From Deltaproteobacteria bacterium (GTDB lineage Bacteria > Myxococcota_A > Polyangia > Fen-1088): a DNA stretch of 64,000 bases. The stretch's first letter is position 1. Every line of letters starts with the position of its first letter. This document shows, in pieces, positions 1-10,215 of the stretch. The stretch lies in NCBI GenBank assembly GCA_033763315.1, contig JANRKS010000032.1, forward strand, positions 416,001 to 480,000. The letters are read 5' to 3'. Below the pieces are notes generated by a model. The model searched no databases, was not told where the DNA came from, and worked only from the letters and a program-made list of their open reading frames with translations. Both the position numbers and the translations under genes were made by a program.

Positions 1-1
1 T

Positions 2-1024
2 CAAATCTTGCACCGTTCGTTCCACTTCGCCTTTCATAGACGCAACCAGCGCTGGGGAAAATAACGGGTACGAAGCGGCGTCCTTCGGCACGCCCTCAAG
101 TTCTTCCAACTTGTAAAGCTCAAAGAACACGCGGGCCAACGCGTCGCGCGCCTTGGCATCTGCCAACAAGCGCTTGGCTTGCGCTTGCACATTTGACGAT
201 TTCACCAGCTCACCTTTTTCAGCAGCCGCCAGCAATTCCGCATCGGGCGTGGTTGCCCACAACGAATAAGAGAGGCGGCTCGCCATCTCGTAAGACGTGT
301 AGCGTAGCCGGCTGCTGTCAGCTGGATCGGGCTCACCCAACTCGACCCGGTACAAGAACGCGGGCGACTGCAGAAACGCCGCCAAAGCGAATTGCAGGCC
401 CATCCACGGGCTTGAAAAGTCGGCGCCCACGGCCGCAACCAGCGCCAAATACTTCTTCACTTCATCGTCCGTCAACGGCCGCCGGAACGCGCGGCCACCA
501 AAGCGACGCACGAAGGCTTCGATGCAGGGATCGGTGGCCGACGCTGGCTCACATCCGACGAACGCTCTCCGAAGCGTCGTATCTTTGAACAACGCTTCCG
601 CTGTGCTGTAGGCGGCGTTCTGAAACTTATCGACGGCGCCCGCCGATAGGGTGCCGTTTGCCGCACCCACCACGCTGAACCCCGCTTGCGACGGCACCTC
701 ATCAACATCGCCGCTTGGCGAAATGCCTAGAAGGTCACGCACTGAATTGCGGTACTCGATGCGCGTGAGGGCACGCAGGCTGATCGGAGCCGCTTTGAAT
801 GGCGGTAGATCAGGATCCACCATTGGATCGTTTCCGCCGGAGCCGCCGTGGTTGCTGTCGCCGCCGGAACCACCCGCTTCACCATCATCGGGCGAAGCCG
901 AGCCGCTACACGCGGCGAGCGTCAAGGTAAGCGTGGCGAACAGTGCGCGGCCTGCGATCAACCGCGAGGCGGCACGACGGCTTCGCACGCACAGGCTTGC
1001 GAGAACTTCTTCTGCCAAGTGCAT
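2..1024 (-). CDS. DUF1592/DUF1587/DUF1595-family lipoprotein (3' end runs off window start)
   Basis: Manual translation from ATG at 1024 stays open to the window edge (so absent from the ORF track). Lipobox LAAC, Gly-rich linker, then LRALTRIEYRNSVRDLLG, AFRRPLT, LQSPAFLYRVE and YEMASRLSYSLWATTPDAELL, typical of this myxobacterial/planctomycete family. Confidence 0.85.
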   Translation of the reverse strand, partial: MHLAEEVLASLCVRSRRAASRLIAGRALFATLTLTLAACSGSASPDDGEAGGSGGDSNHGGSGGNDPMVDPDLPPFKAAPISLRALTRIEYRNSVRDLLGISPSGDVDEVPSQAGFSVVGAANGTLSAGAVDKFQNAAYSTAEALFKDTTLRRAFVGCEPASATDPCIEAFVRRFGGRAFRRPLTDDEVKKYLALVAAVGADFSSPWMGLQFALAAFLQSPAFLYRVELGEPDPADSSRLRYTSYEMASRLSYSLWATTPDAELLAAAEKGELVKSSNVQAQAKRLLADAKARDALARVFFELYKLEELEGVPKDAASYPLFSPALVASMKGEVERTVQDL

Positions 1025-1282
1025 CGTAGGTCCAGTGTGTGTCCCTGGCCGCCAACGCTGCAATCGGCAAACCCACGCAAACCCGCGTTTTCGGGGAAAC
1101 TCTCATCGAATGCCAAAGAAGTTCGGGGGCGCCGCAAAGGCGTAACTCGGGTGCGCCTTGGGCTGACGGCACCCTTGGCGCGTCAATCCAACCCTGCGCC
1201 AAGACAAAAACGTGGGCCGCACACCTGATATTTGGGCGCGTTTAGCCCGCGGACCGATCGTCTAAAGTACAATCCTGCCCTC

Positions 1283-2044
1283 ATGTTTCGACCGTGCATT
1301 GATTTGCGGCAGGGCAAAGTGGTTCAAATCGTTGGCGGCACGCTGACCGACGCTGGCACGGACACGCACACAAATTTCGAGTCCGACAAGCCGCCCGCGT
1401 GGTTTGCGCAGCTTTACCGCAATGATGGCCTCACGGGAGGGCACGTCATTGCGTTGGGCCCCGGCAACGAAGCGGCCGCGCGCGAGGCCTTGGCGGCGTG
1501 GCCGGGCGGTTTGCAGTATGGCGGGGGTGTCACGGCCGACAACGCTGAAGCCTGGCTGCAAGCCGGGGCTTCACACGTGATCGTGACTTCCTGGGTCTTC
1601 AGCGCCGGGCGGCTTAATGAAGAGCGTTTGGCACAGCTGCAAAAGCGCGTGGGTCGCGAACACCTCGTACTCGATTTAAGTTGTCGCAAACGCGATGGGG
1701 CGTATTGGGTGGTCACCGATCGCTGGCAAAATTTCACAAACATGGTGGTCAACCAGCAAACGTGTGAATCGCTTGCAGCGGCGTGCTCTGAGTTTCTTGT
1801 GCACGCCGTTGACGTCGAGGGTTTGTGCCGTGGCATTGACGGTGATCTGGTGGCAAACTTGGCGCGCTGGTCGCCGCTTCCAGCCACGTATGCGGGGGGG
1901 GCCCAGTCACTGCAGGATCTGCAAGACGTCGAACGCCTAGGTGCTGGCCGCATTCACCTCACGATTGGCAGCGCGCTCGACATTTTCGGCGGCCACGGTG
2001 TGCGTTATGACGACTGCGTGGCCTTCAACAAGCGCCTCGCTTGA
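1283..2044 (+). CDS. hisA: Phosphoribosylformimino-5-aminoimidazole carboxamide ribotide isomerase, eukaryotic (His6)-type
   Basis: MFRPCIDLRQGKVVQIVGGTL, GGHVIALG, GGLQYGGGV, DLSCRK, VVTDRWQ, EFLVHAVDVEG, LTIGSALDIFGG. Start moved to ATG 1283. Confidence 0.93.
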   Translation: MFRPCIDLRQGKVVQIVGGTLTDAGTDTHTNFESDKPPAWFAQLYRNDGLTGGHVIALGPGNEAAAREALAAWPGGLQYGGGVTADNAEAWLQAGASHVIVTSWVFSAGRLNEERLAQLQKRVGREHLVLDLSCRKRDGAYWVVTDRWQNFTNMVVNQQTCESLAAACSEFLVHAVDVEGLCRGIDGDLVANLARWSPLPATYAGGAQSLQDLQDVERLGAGRIHLTIGSALDIFGGHGVRYDDCVAFNKRLA

Positions 2045-2075
2045 CCGCCGCACGCGCACGGAATAGACAGCTCAG

Positions 2076-2885
2076 GTGTTTGCTGCTTACACCGCCCTCG
2101 CAGGCTTAGCTTTCAAATCCGTGGCGTGGCTTGCCGCGGTGGCTGGTGTGGTGCTGTTCCTCGGGGGAGCGATCGTGACCTTTGTGTTCATCGATACGGT
2201 GAACCGCGCTTTGATGGCGCGCCCTCAACCCACGTATGTGCGCCGTTTTGCGACCGCGGCCTGTCTGTTGTGGGCGCTTGTTTTACCGCTGTTTTTTGGC
2301 GTGGCGGGGTTCACGTGGGGCTTGGGCCGCGGGCTCGGCAGCGTTGTTGAGGGACCCGTCAGCCGAACGGTTCGCGGCTCGGCTTTGCCATGGATCGCCA
2401 CCGCCGATGGCTTCGGCAGCAAGTTGCTGGGCCGATGGGCCTTGGCAAAACGTTTGTCGGAAACGGAATTCACACTGGTCACGCAAACGGCGCCGCGGTG
2501 GTTGGCTGATGTCTTGTTCCCGGGTGATAAGCCAGCGCCGTGGTTGAGCGCGATCGGCGTGTCCGTGCCGCCCGCGGTGGTGAGCGTGCTGCGCGAGGGT
2601 TTGCAAACCGCCCCGCAAAAGCACCCAACACTATTCGGTGCGGCCCTGCGCAACTTGCGGGATCGCAGCAAAGGCGACGCCAAGAACCGCCCCACACTCA
2701 AAGAAACGCTTGAGGCGATGATCGCGCCGTCTGTGTTCCACAACGCGGCCCAAAGCATTCGCGACAAGGCGTGGCACTACGTGGCGTGGCTGCTTGTGAT
2801 GGCCGTATTGGTGGCGTCTGTTTCCGCGGCGGCGCTGCGCTTATTGTGGCGATCGCCCGGTGCTGCGGTAGGGGCCGCGTCGTGA
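2076..2885 (+). CDS. Hypothetical membrane protein
   Basis: 269-aa ORF with about 3 hydrophobic segments; stop overlaps next start (GTGA). Confidence 0.7.
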   Translation: MFAAYTALAGLAFKSVAWLAAVAGVVLFLGGAIVTFVFIDTVNRALMARPQPTYVRRFATAACLLWALVLPLFFGVAGFTWGLGRGLGSVVEGPVSRTVRGSALPWIATADGFGSKLLGRWALAKRLSETEFTLVTQTAPRWLADVLFPGDKPAPWLSAIGVSVPPAVVSVLREGLQTAPQKHPTLFGAALRNLRDRSKGDAKNRPTLKETLEAMIAPSVFHNAAQSIRDKAWHYVAWLLVMAVLVASVSAAALRLLWRSPGAAVGAAS

Positions 2886-3892
2886 GCGAAACAAGCGGCA
2901 CGTTCAGCAAACCCGTGGCGTTTGTGCGCGCGTTCGTGAGCCAGTACGCGCCGTGGTTGTCACTGGCCATTGGCGTCTTGGCGCGGGTGCTCAGCAACCA
3001 CGATATTAACTTTGCCCCCAAAGCTGTGGCTTTGTTGATCGTCGCGTGGACTTTGCCTGCGGTGTTTGCGCGGGTGCTGCCATCGCCGCAGGCGGGCGTC
3101 AAAGAGCCAAAGTGGCGCAACGTCATCCGCACCACGGGCGCGCCGTTTGTTGTGGTTGCCCTTTACAAGAACGTGCTGTTCTTCTTGGTCCCCATCTGGT
3201 TTGGGTCGGCGCACATTCCTTCCGTGAACATGGGCGCGCCCCTTGTGTTGGCGGCCATGGCCTTGTTCACATGTTTTTCTCACCAATACCACCATCACGT
3301 GATTGAGCACCCGGTTCGTCGCGTGGTGTGGTCGGCCGTGGTTCTGTTTGCGGCACTGGTCCCGGCGTTGGCGGTGCTCGCGTTCATGTCGCCACGGCTT
3401 TCTTTGTTCTTTGCGGCGTTGCTCGCCACGGCCATCGCCACCGCGTCGCTCAAAGGTGGCGCGAACTTGCTTAGCCACCGCGCCGTGGTCCGGCTCTTGT
3501 GGAGCGCCATGCCGGTGGCACTGCTGGTGGCCGCTGCCGCGCCGCTGTTGCCGCCCGTGCCGGCCGTTTGTCACGACAAAGGTGCAGGTACAGCTTTGCT
3601 TAACCATAACCTTGTGAACCAGGCCAACTCGTTTCCAAAAGGCACACGTCGCGTTTATGCGTGGTTTGCGGTGTCGCTGCCTGCGGGTTACCGCCAGCGC
3701 GTGGCGTTTCAGTGGTTTCACAACGGCAAGAAGGTGGGCGGGCCGATCCCGTCCACAATCGAAGGCGGGCGCAGCACGGGATACCGCACGGCCACCTACA
3801 AAACGGCACCCGCTGTGGGCCACTGGCGTGCCGAGCTTTACAGCGACGCTTCACAACTGGTGGCGCGCGTGTCGTTCGAGATCGAACCGTAA
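2882..3892 (+). CDS. Multi-pass membrane protein with C-terminal DUF2914 (Ig-like) domain
   Basis: Many TM helices, then VYAWFAVSLP..FQWFHNGK..IEGGRSTGYRT..GHWRAELY. GTG 2882 is coupled to the upstream stop. Confidence 0.8.
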   Translation: MSETSGTFSKPVAFVRAFVSQYAPWLSLAIGVLARVLSNHDINFAPKAVALLIVAWTLPAVFARVLPSPQAGVKEPKWRNVIRTTGAPFVVVALYKNVLFFLVPIWFGSAHIPSVNMGAPLVLAAMALFTCFSHQYHHHVIEHPVRRVVWSAVVLFAALVPALAVLAFMSPRLSLFFAALLATAIATASLKGGANLLSHRAVVRLLWSAMPVALLVAAAAPLLPPVPAVCHDKGAGTALLNHNLVNQANSFPKGTRRVYAWFAVSLPAGYRQRVAFQWFHNGKKVGGPIPSTIEGGRSTGYRTATYKTAPAVGHWRAELYSDASQLVARVSFEIEP

Positions 3893-4032
3893 GTGGCTAA
3901 GTCATTTTGCTGTGTGGTTCCACCTCAAGACTTTGGTCATAGGGATTGTGCTGTGGGCTCACGCACGTGCAAGTTGCAGAGGCCGAAAACACATCAAGGT
4001 GATCTGCTTCTTTGCCCCCTAAACTGGCGCTT

Positions 4033-5421
4033 ATGAACCGCCGGCTGTTCTTGCAACAATCCTCGTGCGCGCTCGCTTTGTTGTCCGCAGTCGCCAAGAC
4101 CGCGGCCGCCAGCAATGTCATCACATATCAATACCCGCGGCTTGCCCCTCGCTCCCCTCTTTACAAGGTGTGGGCCGGCGGCCATGAGCAGGTGGTGTAT
4201 CAAACGTCCGTGGGCGGCATGGCCACGTTCGCTTGCGACGGCGATGTGGAAATCGAGGTGCAAGTGCCGCCAACGGCGCGCGAGGTGCGCGTGGCACCCG
4301 CCCGCTATGCAATTACGGCAGCGAAGACGGGTGATCGCTTGCGCTTTCGCATGCCGTCGGGCGCCAACCTGCTCGTTGAAATCGATTCCTTGCCCCACCT
4401 GTTCATCTTCGCCAACAAGCCGGAAGCGCACCTGCCCGATCCAAGCGCACAGGGCGTGCACTATTTCAAAGCCGGTCAGATCTATGAAGTGGGCGAGTTG
4501 CGTCTGCGCGACAACGAGACGCTTTACATCGAAGGTGGTGCGGTCGTCCGTGGTTGTGTGCGCGCCACGTCCGCCAAGAACGTGCGGGTGGCAGGCCACG
4601 GCATCCTTGACGGCGGCTTTTACCAAAAAGAGATCGACAGCCGTCGTTTGATCGTGTTTGAGCAGTGTCACAACAGCACGATCGAAAACATCACTTTGAT
4701 CGAGCCTTCGTCATGGATGATCATGCTTGGCGATTGTGAAGACGTAACCCTCAGCAACGTAAAGGAGCTGGGTCTGCTGGGGGGCACCGACGGCGTCGAT
4801 ATCGTTGGCTCACGCCGCATTCGCGTTCAAAACGGCTTTTTGCGCAACGGTGACGATTGCATCGCGATCAAGTCGCTCGATATGCGCCGGCACGGCAAAG
4901 ACGCGAGTGTTGATTTTACGCGCGACGTGCAAGACATCGACATCGTGGGCTGTTCGTTCATGGCTTATCTTGGCGGCCAGGCCATGGAGGTGGGCCACGA
5001 GCTGCGCTCGCAATCGATCAAAGGCATCCGCTTCCGTGATTGCGACGTCCTTAAGAAGCCAAACTACGGCGCGCCGTTTGGCATTCACAACGCCGATGGC
5101 GCCACCGTGAGCGATGTGCTGTTCGAGAACATCCGCGTCGAACACCACTACGATAAACTCGTCGATTTCCGGATCATTGAAAGCCGCTGGTCGCAGGGGA
5201 AAACGCGCGGCCACGTGCGAAACGTTACGTTGCGGAACATCGACGTCACCGTCTCGCAGTTCAACACCGGCTACACCATGTCGTTGATTGGTGGCTTCAA
5301 CAAAGACCACAAGATCGTGGGCGTCACGTTCGATAACTTCCGGCTCAATGGCAAACGCGCCACGAAGCCGGACGATCTGGATCTGTATACGCGCTACGCC
5401 GAGAAAATTGGTTTTCGCTAG
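4033..5421 (+). CDS. Tat-exported glycoside hydrolase family 28 / pectin-lyase-fold protein
   Basis: MNRRLFLQ twin-Arg signal; LYIEGGAVVRG, GHGILDG, TDGVDI, GDDCIAIKS beta-helix motifs. Confidence 0.85.
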   Translation: MNRRLFLQQSSCALALLSAVAKTAAASNVITYQYPRLAPRSPLYKVWAGGHEQVVYQTSVGGMATFACDGDVEIEVQVPPTAREVRVAPARYAITAAKTGDRLRFRMPSGANLLVEIDSLPHLFIFANKPEAHLPDPSAQGVHYFKAGQIYEVGELRLRDNETLYIEGGAVVRGCVRATSAKNVRVAGHGILDGGFYQKEIDSRRLIVFEQCHNSTIENITLIEPSSWMIMLGDCEDVTLSNVKELGLLGGTDGVDIVGSRRIRVQNGFLRNGDDCIAIKSLDMRRHGKDASVDFTRDVQDIDIVGCSFMAYLGGQAMEVGHELRSQSIKGIRFRDCDVLKKPNYGAPFGIHNADGATVSDVLFENIRVEHHYDKLVDFRIIESRWSQGKTRGHVRNVTLRNIDVTVSQFNTGYTMSLIGGFNKDHKIVGVTFDNFRLNGKRATKPDDLDLYTRYAEKIGFR

Positions 5422-5428
5422 CGTCTGG

Positions 5429-7585
5429 TCATAAGCCCGGCACGGCTTCGCCGCTCAAGCCTAAGCTGCGTGCCGGCGCCGTGTTCTTGACCGATACGAA
5501 GAACAAAGCGGCCTGGTGGCGCTCCAGCTTTGCTTTTAGGGTCTTGCCCGCGCCCAGCGCCGTCGACGCCCCTGGATTCCACTGCCACACATAGCTTTGG
5601 CCGCGCACACCCAGGCTTGCCAGGTCGATCGATGCCTCCACAGGGTGTTCATTGCGATTCAGCACCAACACGGCGTGCGCCTGCAGGGCGGGGTAATCGC
5701 GCACGGCCACAAGCGCGTTCACATCTTTGCCGTGTTTGCCCCACAACGGAAAGCGCGCCTTGCCGAAGGTTTTCCCTGGTTGAACGAACCGCAACAGCGC
5801 CAACCGATCGGGCGCCAAACGGTGCGGCCGATCCGACGTGGATACCACTCCACCCAAGATGCCATTCCACAGCGTCAAAGCCACGGCTTCGTCGTTGCTC
5901 AGCCGCGTTGAACCCGTGCCGTCGCGCACATAAAGTACGTCTGGATCGTTTTGCCACAACACATTGTTCATGTATTGCGTGGCGATCGTTTCTTGGAACA
6001 TGTTCACCGTGTTGCCGTCGCTCGTCCAACTGTCAGTGTCCACGTCATATCCCACGCGCATAGAATCGGCGTAACCCAACATGGGCCCAAACGGTGTGAT
6101 GCAACCGTGGAAATAGGCGTCCGCGCCGATTTCTTCTTTGATCATGCGAACCACATCCACAAAGTTTTGCACCGACGTTTTGCCCGGCGTTTGGCGCTTT
6201 ACCAAGGTTGAATCCTTAAAGCCCCACTCCATGAAATCCATCTTGTAGGCTTTGACGCCCCACTTGCGATAGGTGGCAAATACATTGCGCAAGAACGCAA
6301 AGGCGCCAGGGTGCGTGGTGTCGAGGTAATAACGCTCTTCTTCAGTGGCGTAGATGTAGAAAAACGGTTTGCCTTTCCCATGCACGATCGGTTTGCCTTG
6401 CAGATCGTGCACGACCCACTCGGGGTGGTCTTTGTAAAGCCGGCTCAGCGACGACACCATAAACGGCGCCACCCACAATCCCGGTGCATATCCCGCGTTG
6501 CGAATCGTGTTGAAGGTGGCTTGCAGGCCGCCTTCGTAAACGCGTTCATCCGCTTGCAGCCAATCGCCGAGTGGGGAAAACCCCGCATCGATCAACACGC
6601 TTTGAAATGGCAAAGGCGGTTGTATTTTCGCCATGCCAGCCAACGTGTCTTTGAGCCGCGCGGTGTCGTGGCCCTCGTAAAACTCATACCAGCTGTCCCA
6701 ATGAAACCGCGGCGGCGATTTGACCTTGATGTTGTTTGCCTGCGCCAAGCGCTGCGCCCACGTGTCCAGCGCTTGCGGCAGCGAGGGCGCCGCCAAAATG
6801 TGCAAGCGCGGCAGGACGAGTCGTTGCTTGGGCAGCGGGATGTTCTCGGTTGAGAAACCGGCTTCAAACAAAACGTCATCAAGCGCCGGCTTCTTCTCAA
6901 CCAATTCCCGCCGGTGGCTCTTGTTGTAAAGCGTGCAGCGTTGCAAGTAATCCTTGTGATCCACGGCGCCTGCCAAAAGCGTGTGCTCCGTGCCCGCCAC
7001 CACAGCCGTGGTCAAAAATGAATCGTATGACCACGCCGCCTCGAACAATTTATTGGGCGAATGTGTGTTGGTCGCGGCGGGAATCTCAAACACGCCGCTG
7101 GGGCCGCCAAAGCCTAAGCCCTGTTTGAAGAAGCGATCGGCACCCACAACCCGCGCTCCCGCCAAGGGGAACACCCAGTGCGGTGCCGTGCTGAACCCTT
7201 CGAGGACCGCATCCACCCAAGCGACTTCGCCGTCCGCGCCCACGTTCAATACCAGGCGGCCCCCCACGAGTTCGTAGGTGATCGTGGTCGCGTCGCCCGA
7301 TTTCTGCGTCTGCACGCGCACCGGATGAACGGGAACGTCATCGATGGCAGGGTAGGCCCCCTGCAAAGCCAAAGGGCCCACGCGCACGTCGAAGCGGCCG
7401 TCCCCAAACGTTTGCACGCTCGGGCTCGCCTTAGGTGCCGCCGCTTGGGTGGGGGTCGGCACCTCGAGAGCCGCCAAACCTGCAAGTAGGCCGCGTCTTT
7501 TGAATTTCAGGTCACGCAACTTGGGCGATGTCATCGGCGCTTGGTTGCCGCCCATGAACAACCGTTCGGGCCCGCGGGCGGACAT
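5429..7585 (-). CDS. Alpha-galactosidase-like glycoside hydrolase (GH36), probably Tat-exported
   Basis: WDSWYEFY, VLIDAGF, PGLWVAPF, YLDTTHP, YKMDF, SMRVGYD, WQNDPD; KRRGLL signal. True start may be 7555 or 7534. Confidence 0.85.
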   Translation of the reverse strand: MSARGPERLFMGGNQAPMTSPKLRDLKFKRRGLLAGLAALEVPTPTQAAAPKASPSVQTFGDGRFDVRVGPLALQGAYPAIDDVPVHPVRVQTQKSGDATTITYELVGGRLVLNVGADGEVAWVDAVLEGFSTAPHWVFPLAGARVVGADRFFKQGLGFGGPSGVFEIPAATNTHSPNKLFEAAWSYDSFLTTAVVAGTEHTLLAGAVDHKDYLQRCTLYNKSHRRELVEKKPALDDVLFEAGFSTENIPLPKQRLVLPRLHILAAPSLPQALDTWAQRLAQANNIKVKSPPRFHWDSWYEFYEGHDTARLKDTLAGMAKIQPPLPFQSVLIDAGFSPLGDWLQADERVYEGGLQATFNTIRNAGYAPGLWVAPFMVSSLSRLYKDHPEWVVHDLQGKPIVHGKGKPFFYIYATEEERYYLDTTHPGAFAFLRNVFATYRKWGVKAYKMDFMEWGFKDSTLVKRQTPGKTSVQNFVDVVRMIKEEIGADAYFHGCITPFGPMLGYADSMRVGYDVDTDSWTSDGNTVNMFQETIATQYMNNVLWQNDPDVLYVRDGTGSTRLSNDEAVALTLWNGILGGVVSTSDRPHRLAPDRLALLRFVQPGKTFGKARFPLWGKHGKDVNALVAVRDYPALQAHAVLVLNRNEHPVEASIDLASLGVRGQSYVWQWNPGASTALGAGKTLKAKLERHQAALFFVSVKNTAPARSLGLSGEAVPGL

Positions 7586-7685
7586 GTGCGGCCGACGTCA
7601 CACTCGCTCTTTGGGGCCCTCCACCAAGAATTTCTCGCGCCGTTTTTCGTGTTCGCGCCGCGCCACCCTATACTGAAGCGGCACT

Positions 7686-8084
7686 ATGGTCGTTACGTCA
7701 GACCGCGATCGGCGGGGGCTTCACCGCGTGGAAATCTACGCGCAGGCCACATTTCGCGGCGCGGAGGTTCAGATCATGGATGTGCGCAACCTGTCATCAG
7801 GCGGCGTTTACCTGGTGGGCACGCCGCAGGAGTATCCAGAGCTTGTGCCGGGCCGGGAGTTTGAGCTGGTGATCTTCGGCACGGAAGACGGGGCCGGCGA
7901 TGAAGAGGAATTCAACATCATTTGCCGGGCGCGGGTCATTCGCGTCGATCCAGGCTGGCCCGACAAACGCCCCCCCGGCTTTGGCGTCACTTTGGATCCC
8001 GCCGATCAGGACCAACGCGATCGGTTGGCCAACCTGTTGTTGCGAGCCAGCGCTTACCGCCCGGGCGGCCGCACGGGCGATTGA
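7686..8084 (+). CDS. Stand-alone PilZ-domain protein (c-di-GMP receptor candidate)
   Basis: RGLHR (RxxxR) and NLSSGG (D/NxSxxG) motifs intact; ARVIRV..GFGV. Confidence 0.85.
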   Translation: MVVTSDRDRRGLHRVEIYAQATFRGAEVQIMDVRNLSSGGVYLVGTPQEYPELVPGREFELVIFGTEDGAGDEEEFNIICRARVIRVDPGWPDKRPPGFGVTLDPADQDQRDRLANLLLRASAYRPGGRTGD

Positions 8085-8153
8085 TGGGCCCGGTTTGCCG
8101 CTCCGTGTAGGCGAAAAATTGCCGCCGTCGGCCTCCCGAGATAACAACAAGAG

Positions 8154-8486
8154 GTGTTTCGCATCCTCCGCATCGGATTTGTTGTGGCGTGTTTCGGCGC
8201 CTTGTTCTGGTTCGGCACGCAGGTGAAGCTGGGTGAGCTCACGCTTTACGAACACGTGCGGGCCATTGGGCAAAGCAAAGAATCACAAGAGCTGATCGAC
8301 GGCACCAAGGAACGCGTGTCAGGCGTGCTGGGCGGCGACGACGAAAAAACGGTGAAGGCCACCCAGCCGAAGGACGTGGCCAAGCCGGGGCGCCCCCGGG
8401 GCGAGATCGCCGCTGGCAAACCTGCCGACGCCGTGCCTGATTCCGATCGAAAGGCGTTGAAGAAGCTCATCGAGTCGCGACGGTGA
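8154..8486 (+). CDS. Small membrane-anchored hypothetical protein
   Basis: N-terminal TM helix, VKLGELTLYEH, SD-like AAGAG; stop overlaps degP start. Confidence 0.7.
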   Translation: MFRILRIGFVVACFGALFWFGTQVKLGELTLYEHVRAIGQSKESQELIDGTKERVSGVLGGDDEKTVKATQPKDVAKPGRPRGEIAAGKPADAVPDSDRKALKKLIESRR

Positions 8487-9853
8487 GGTGGCGTGGGGCG
8501 GCCGTGGCCTTCGCGGCCGTTGTCACGCTTGCGCCGCGCTTGCACGCCGAGGCGCCGCCGCTGTGGCGTGAAGGCAAGCCCAACCGCACCAACGTACCAT
8601 TGTCGCAATTGGTTTCACGGGCGCGCGCTGGCGTGGTGCAAGTGCGCGGTCAGCTGGCAGGGCGCGCGGCCTATTCCGCTTCGGGCCGCTTGTCGGTCGG
8701 CACGGGGTTTGTCATCTCGGCCGAAGGCTACGTCATCACCAATGAACACGTGGTGCGTGAAGCCGAGGAGCTGCAGGTACGGCTGGCCGATGGCAGAGAG
8801 CTATCCGCGTGCGTGCAAGGCGTGGACGCCATCACGGACATCGCTTTGCTCAAGGTGCGATCGCCGCGGCCGCTTGCCCCTTTGCCGTTGGGGGATCCCG
8901 CGTCGGTCAAAGAAGGCGACGACGTGTTCGTGATTGGCAACCCGTTCGGTTTTGATCACAGCGTCACCGCCGGCATTCTTTCCGCCAAGGATCGCATTGT
9001 TGAACGGCAAGCCACCGCGGAAGCCGTCACCACAGCCCCGTATGCGTTTTATCTGCAAACCGACGCCGCCATCAACATGGGCAATTCCGGTGGGCCGTTG
9101 TTGTCATCACAGGGCTTTGTTGTTGGTGTGGCCTCGGCGTTTTGGGGCGGCGCTCAACCCGCGCAGGGCATTGGTTTTGCCATCCCGATCGATGTTGTGA
9201 AGCAGTTGTTGCCATCGCTCGCGTCCACCGGCCGCGTCATACGCTCGTGGATGGGTGTGGATGTGCAATCGGTGGATCCGGCGCTGGCGGATGCTTTCGG
9301 ACTGCCGAGCACGCAGGGCGCCCTCTTGGCTGCGGTCGCGAAACAGGGTCCGGCCGCGGTGGCGGGGCTCAAGGCGGGCGATGTGATGGTGGCGTGGGGC
9401 AAGCACGCTTTGGCCGGGGTTGAGGATTTTAAGATCTACGCGCAGCTGACGCCCGCGGGGCAAAAGGTGGACGTGCGCGTGTTGCGACAGGGAGTTGTCG
9501 TCAAGGTTCCGATCGTCACAGGCTCGGCGCCTTCCACACCCGCATTCGTGCCGCACCCCGCTGCCTGCGCCAGCAAATTGATGGGTGGGTTGCCGGCGTT
9601 GGGGCTCGACTACAAAAGCGCCGAAGGTGGCGGCGTTGTGGTTCGCAAGGTGAGCGCGGGCGCCGCGCGCTTGGCAGGCCTGCTGCCCGGCGATGTGATC
9701 ACGCAAGTCAACGACGTGATTCTCAAAGACGCGGCTGACTTCACGCGCGCCCTCGTGGCCTCAAACAAACCCCACCCCATTTTGATCCACCGCGAAGACT
9801 CGTTCTTTTGGGTTTCGCTGCCGGCCCACCTGCCCCCCGCCCCGGCGCCGTAA
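8483..9853 (+). CDS. HtrA/DegP-family serine protease with two PDZ domains
   Basis: GTGFVI, TNEHVV (His), DIALLK (Asp), GNSGGPL (Ser), signal peptide, PDZ-like GPAAVAGLKAGD and GLLPGDVI. Confidence 0.92.
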   Translation: MRWRGAAVAFAAVVTLAPRLHAEAPPLWREGKPNRTNVPLSQLVSRARAGVVQVRGQLAGRAAYSASGRLSVGTGFVISAEGYVITNEHVVREAEELQVRLADGRELSACVQGVDAITDIALLKVRSPRPLAPLPLGDPASVKEGDDVFVIGNPFGFDHSVTAGILSAKDRIVERQATAEAVTTAPYAFYLQTDAAINMGNSGGPLLSSQGFVVGVASAFWGGAQPAQGIGFAIPIDVVKQLLPSLASTGRVIRSWMGVDVQSVDPALADAFGLPSTQGALLAAVAKQGPAAVAGLKAGDVMVAWGKHALAGVEDFKIYAQLTPAGQKVDVRVLRQGVVVKVPIVTGSAPSTPAFVPHPAACASKLMGGLPALGLDYKSAEGGGVVVRKVSAGAARLAGLLPGDVITQVNDVILKDAADFTRALVASNKPHPILIHREDSFFWVSLPAHLPPAPAP

Positions 9854-9879
9854 TCGCCAAGGGTGCTATACCGGCACGT

Positions 9880-10215
9880 ATGAGCACGATGGAAGAAAAG
9901 CGGTACCGCCAGCTGGTCGACGATGCGTTCGCCCGGATCGACGCCGCCTTTGAAGAGGCTGATCCGGATCTCGCCGAATCATCGCTGTCGCAAGGCACGC
10001 TCACCATCACGTTCAAAAACCGCCACCGCTTCATCGTCTCGCCACAGACCCCGGTGCGGCAGATCTGGGTCGCTTACCTCGACCGCGCCTGGCACTTGGA
10101 CTATCAGCCACAAAGCGGAAGCTGGCTGGACGATCGTGGGCAAGGCATCGATCTTTACCGCTTGGTGGAAGACACGACCTTGCAGGCCGCAGGCGTGACC
10201 GTGAAGGTGGCCTAA
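9880..10215 (+). CDS. cyaY: Iron donor protein CyaY (frataxin family)
   Basis: Acidic N-terminal helix, GTLTITF, QTPVRQIWVA, WLDDRG..DL. Confidence 0.85.
   Translation: MSTMEEKRYRQLVDDAFARIDAAFEEADPDLAESSLSQGTLTITFKNRHRFIVSPQTPVRQIWVAYLDRAWHLDYQPQSGSWLDDRGQGIDLYRLVEDTTLQAAGVTVKVA

Noticed and set aside
193-1245. Plus-strand ORFs at the window start
   Set aside because: They are shadows of the minus-strand DUF1592-family gene, which the ORF track missed because it has no stop inside the window.
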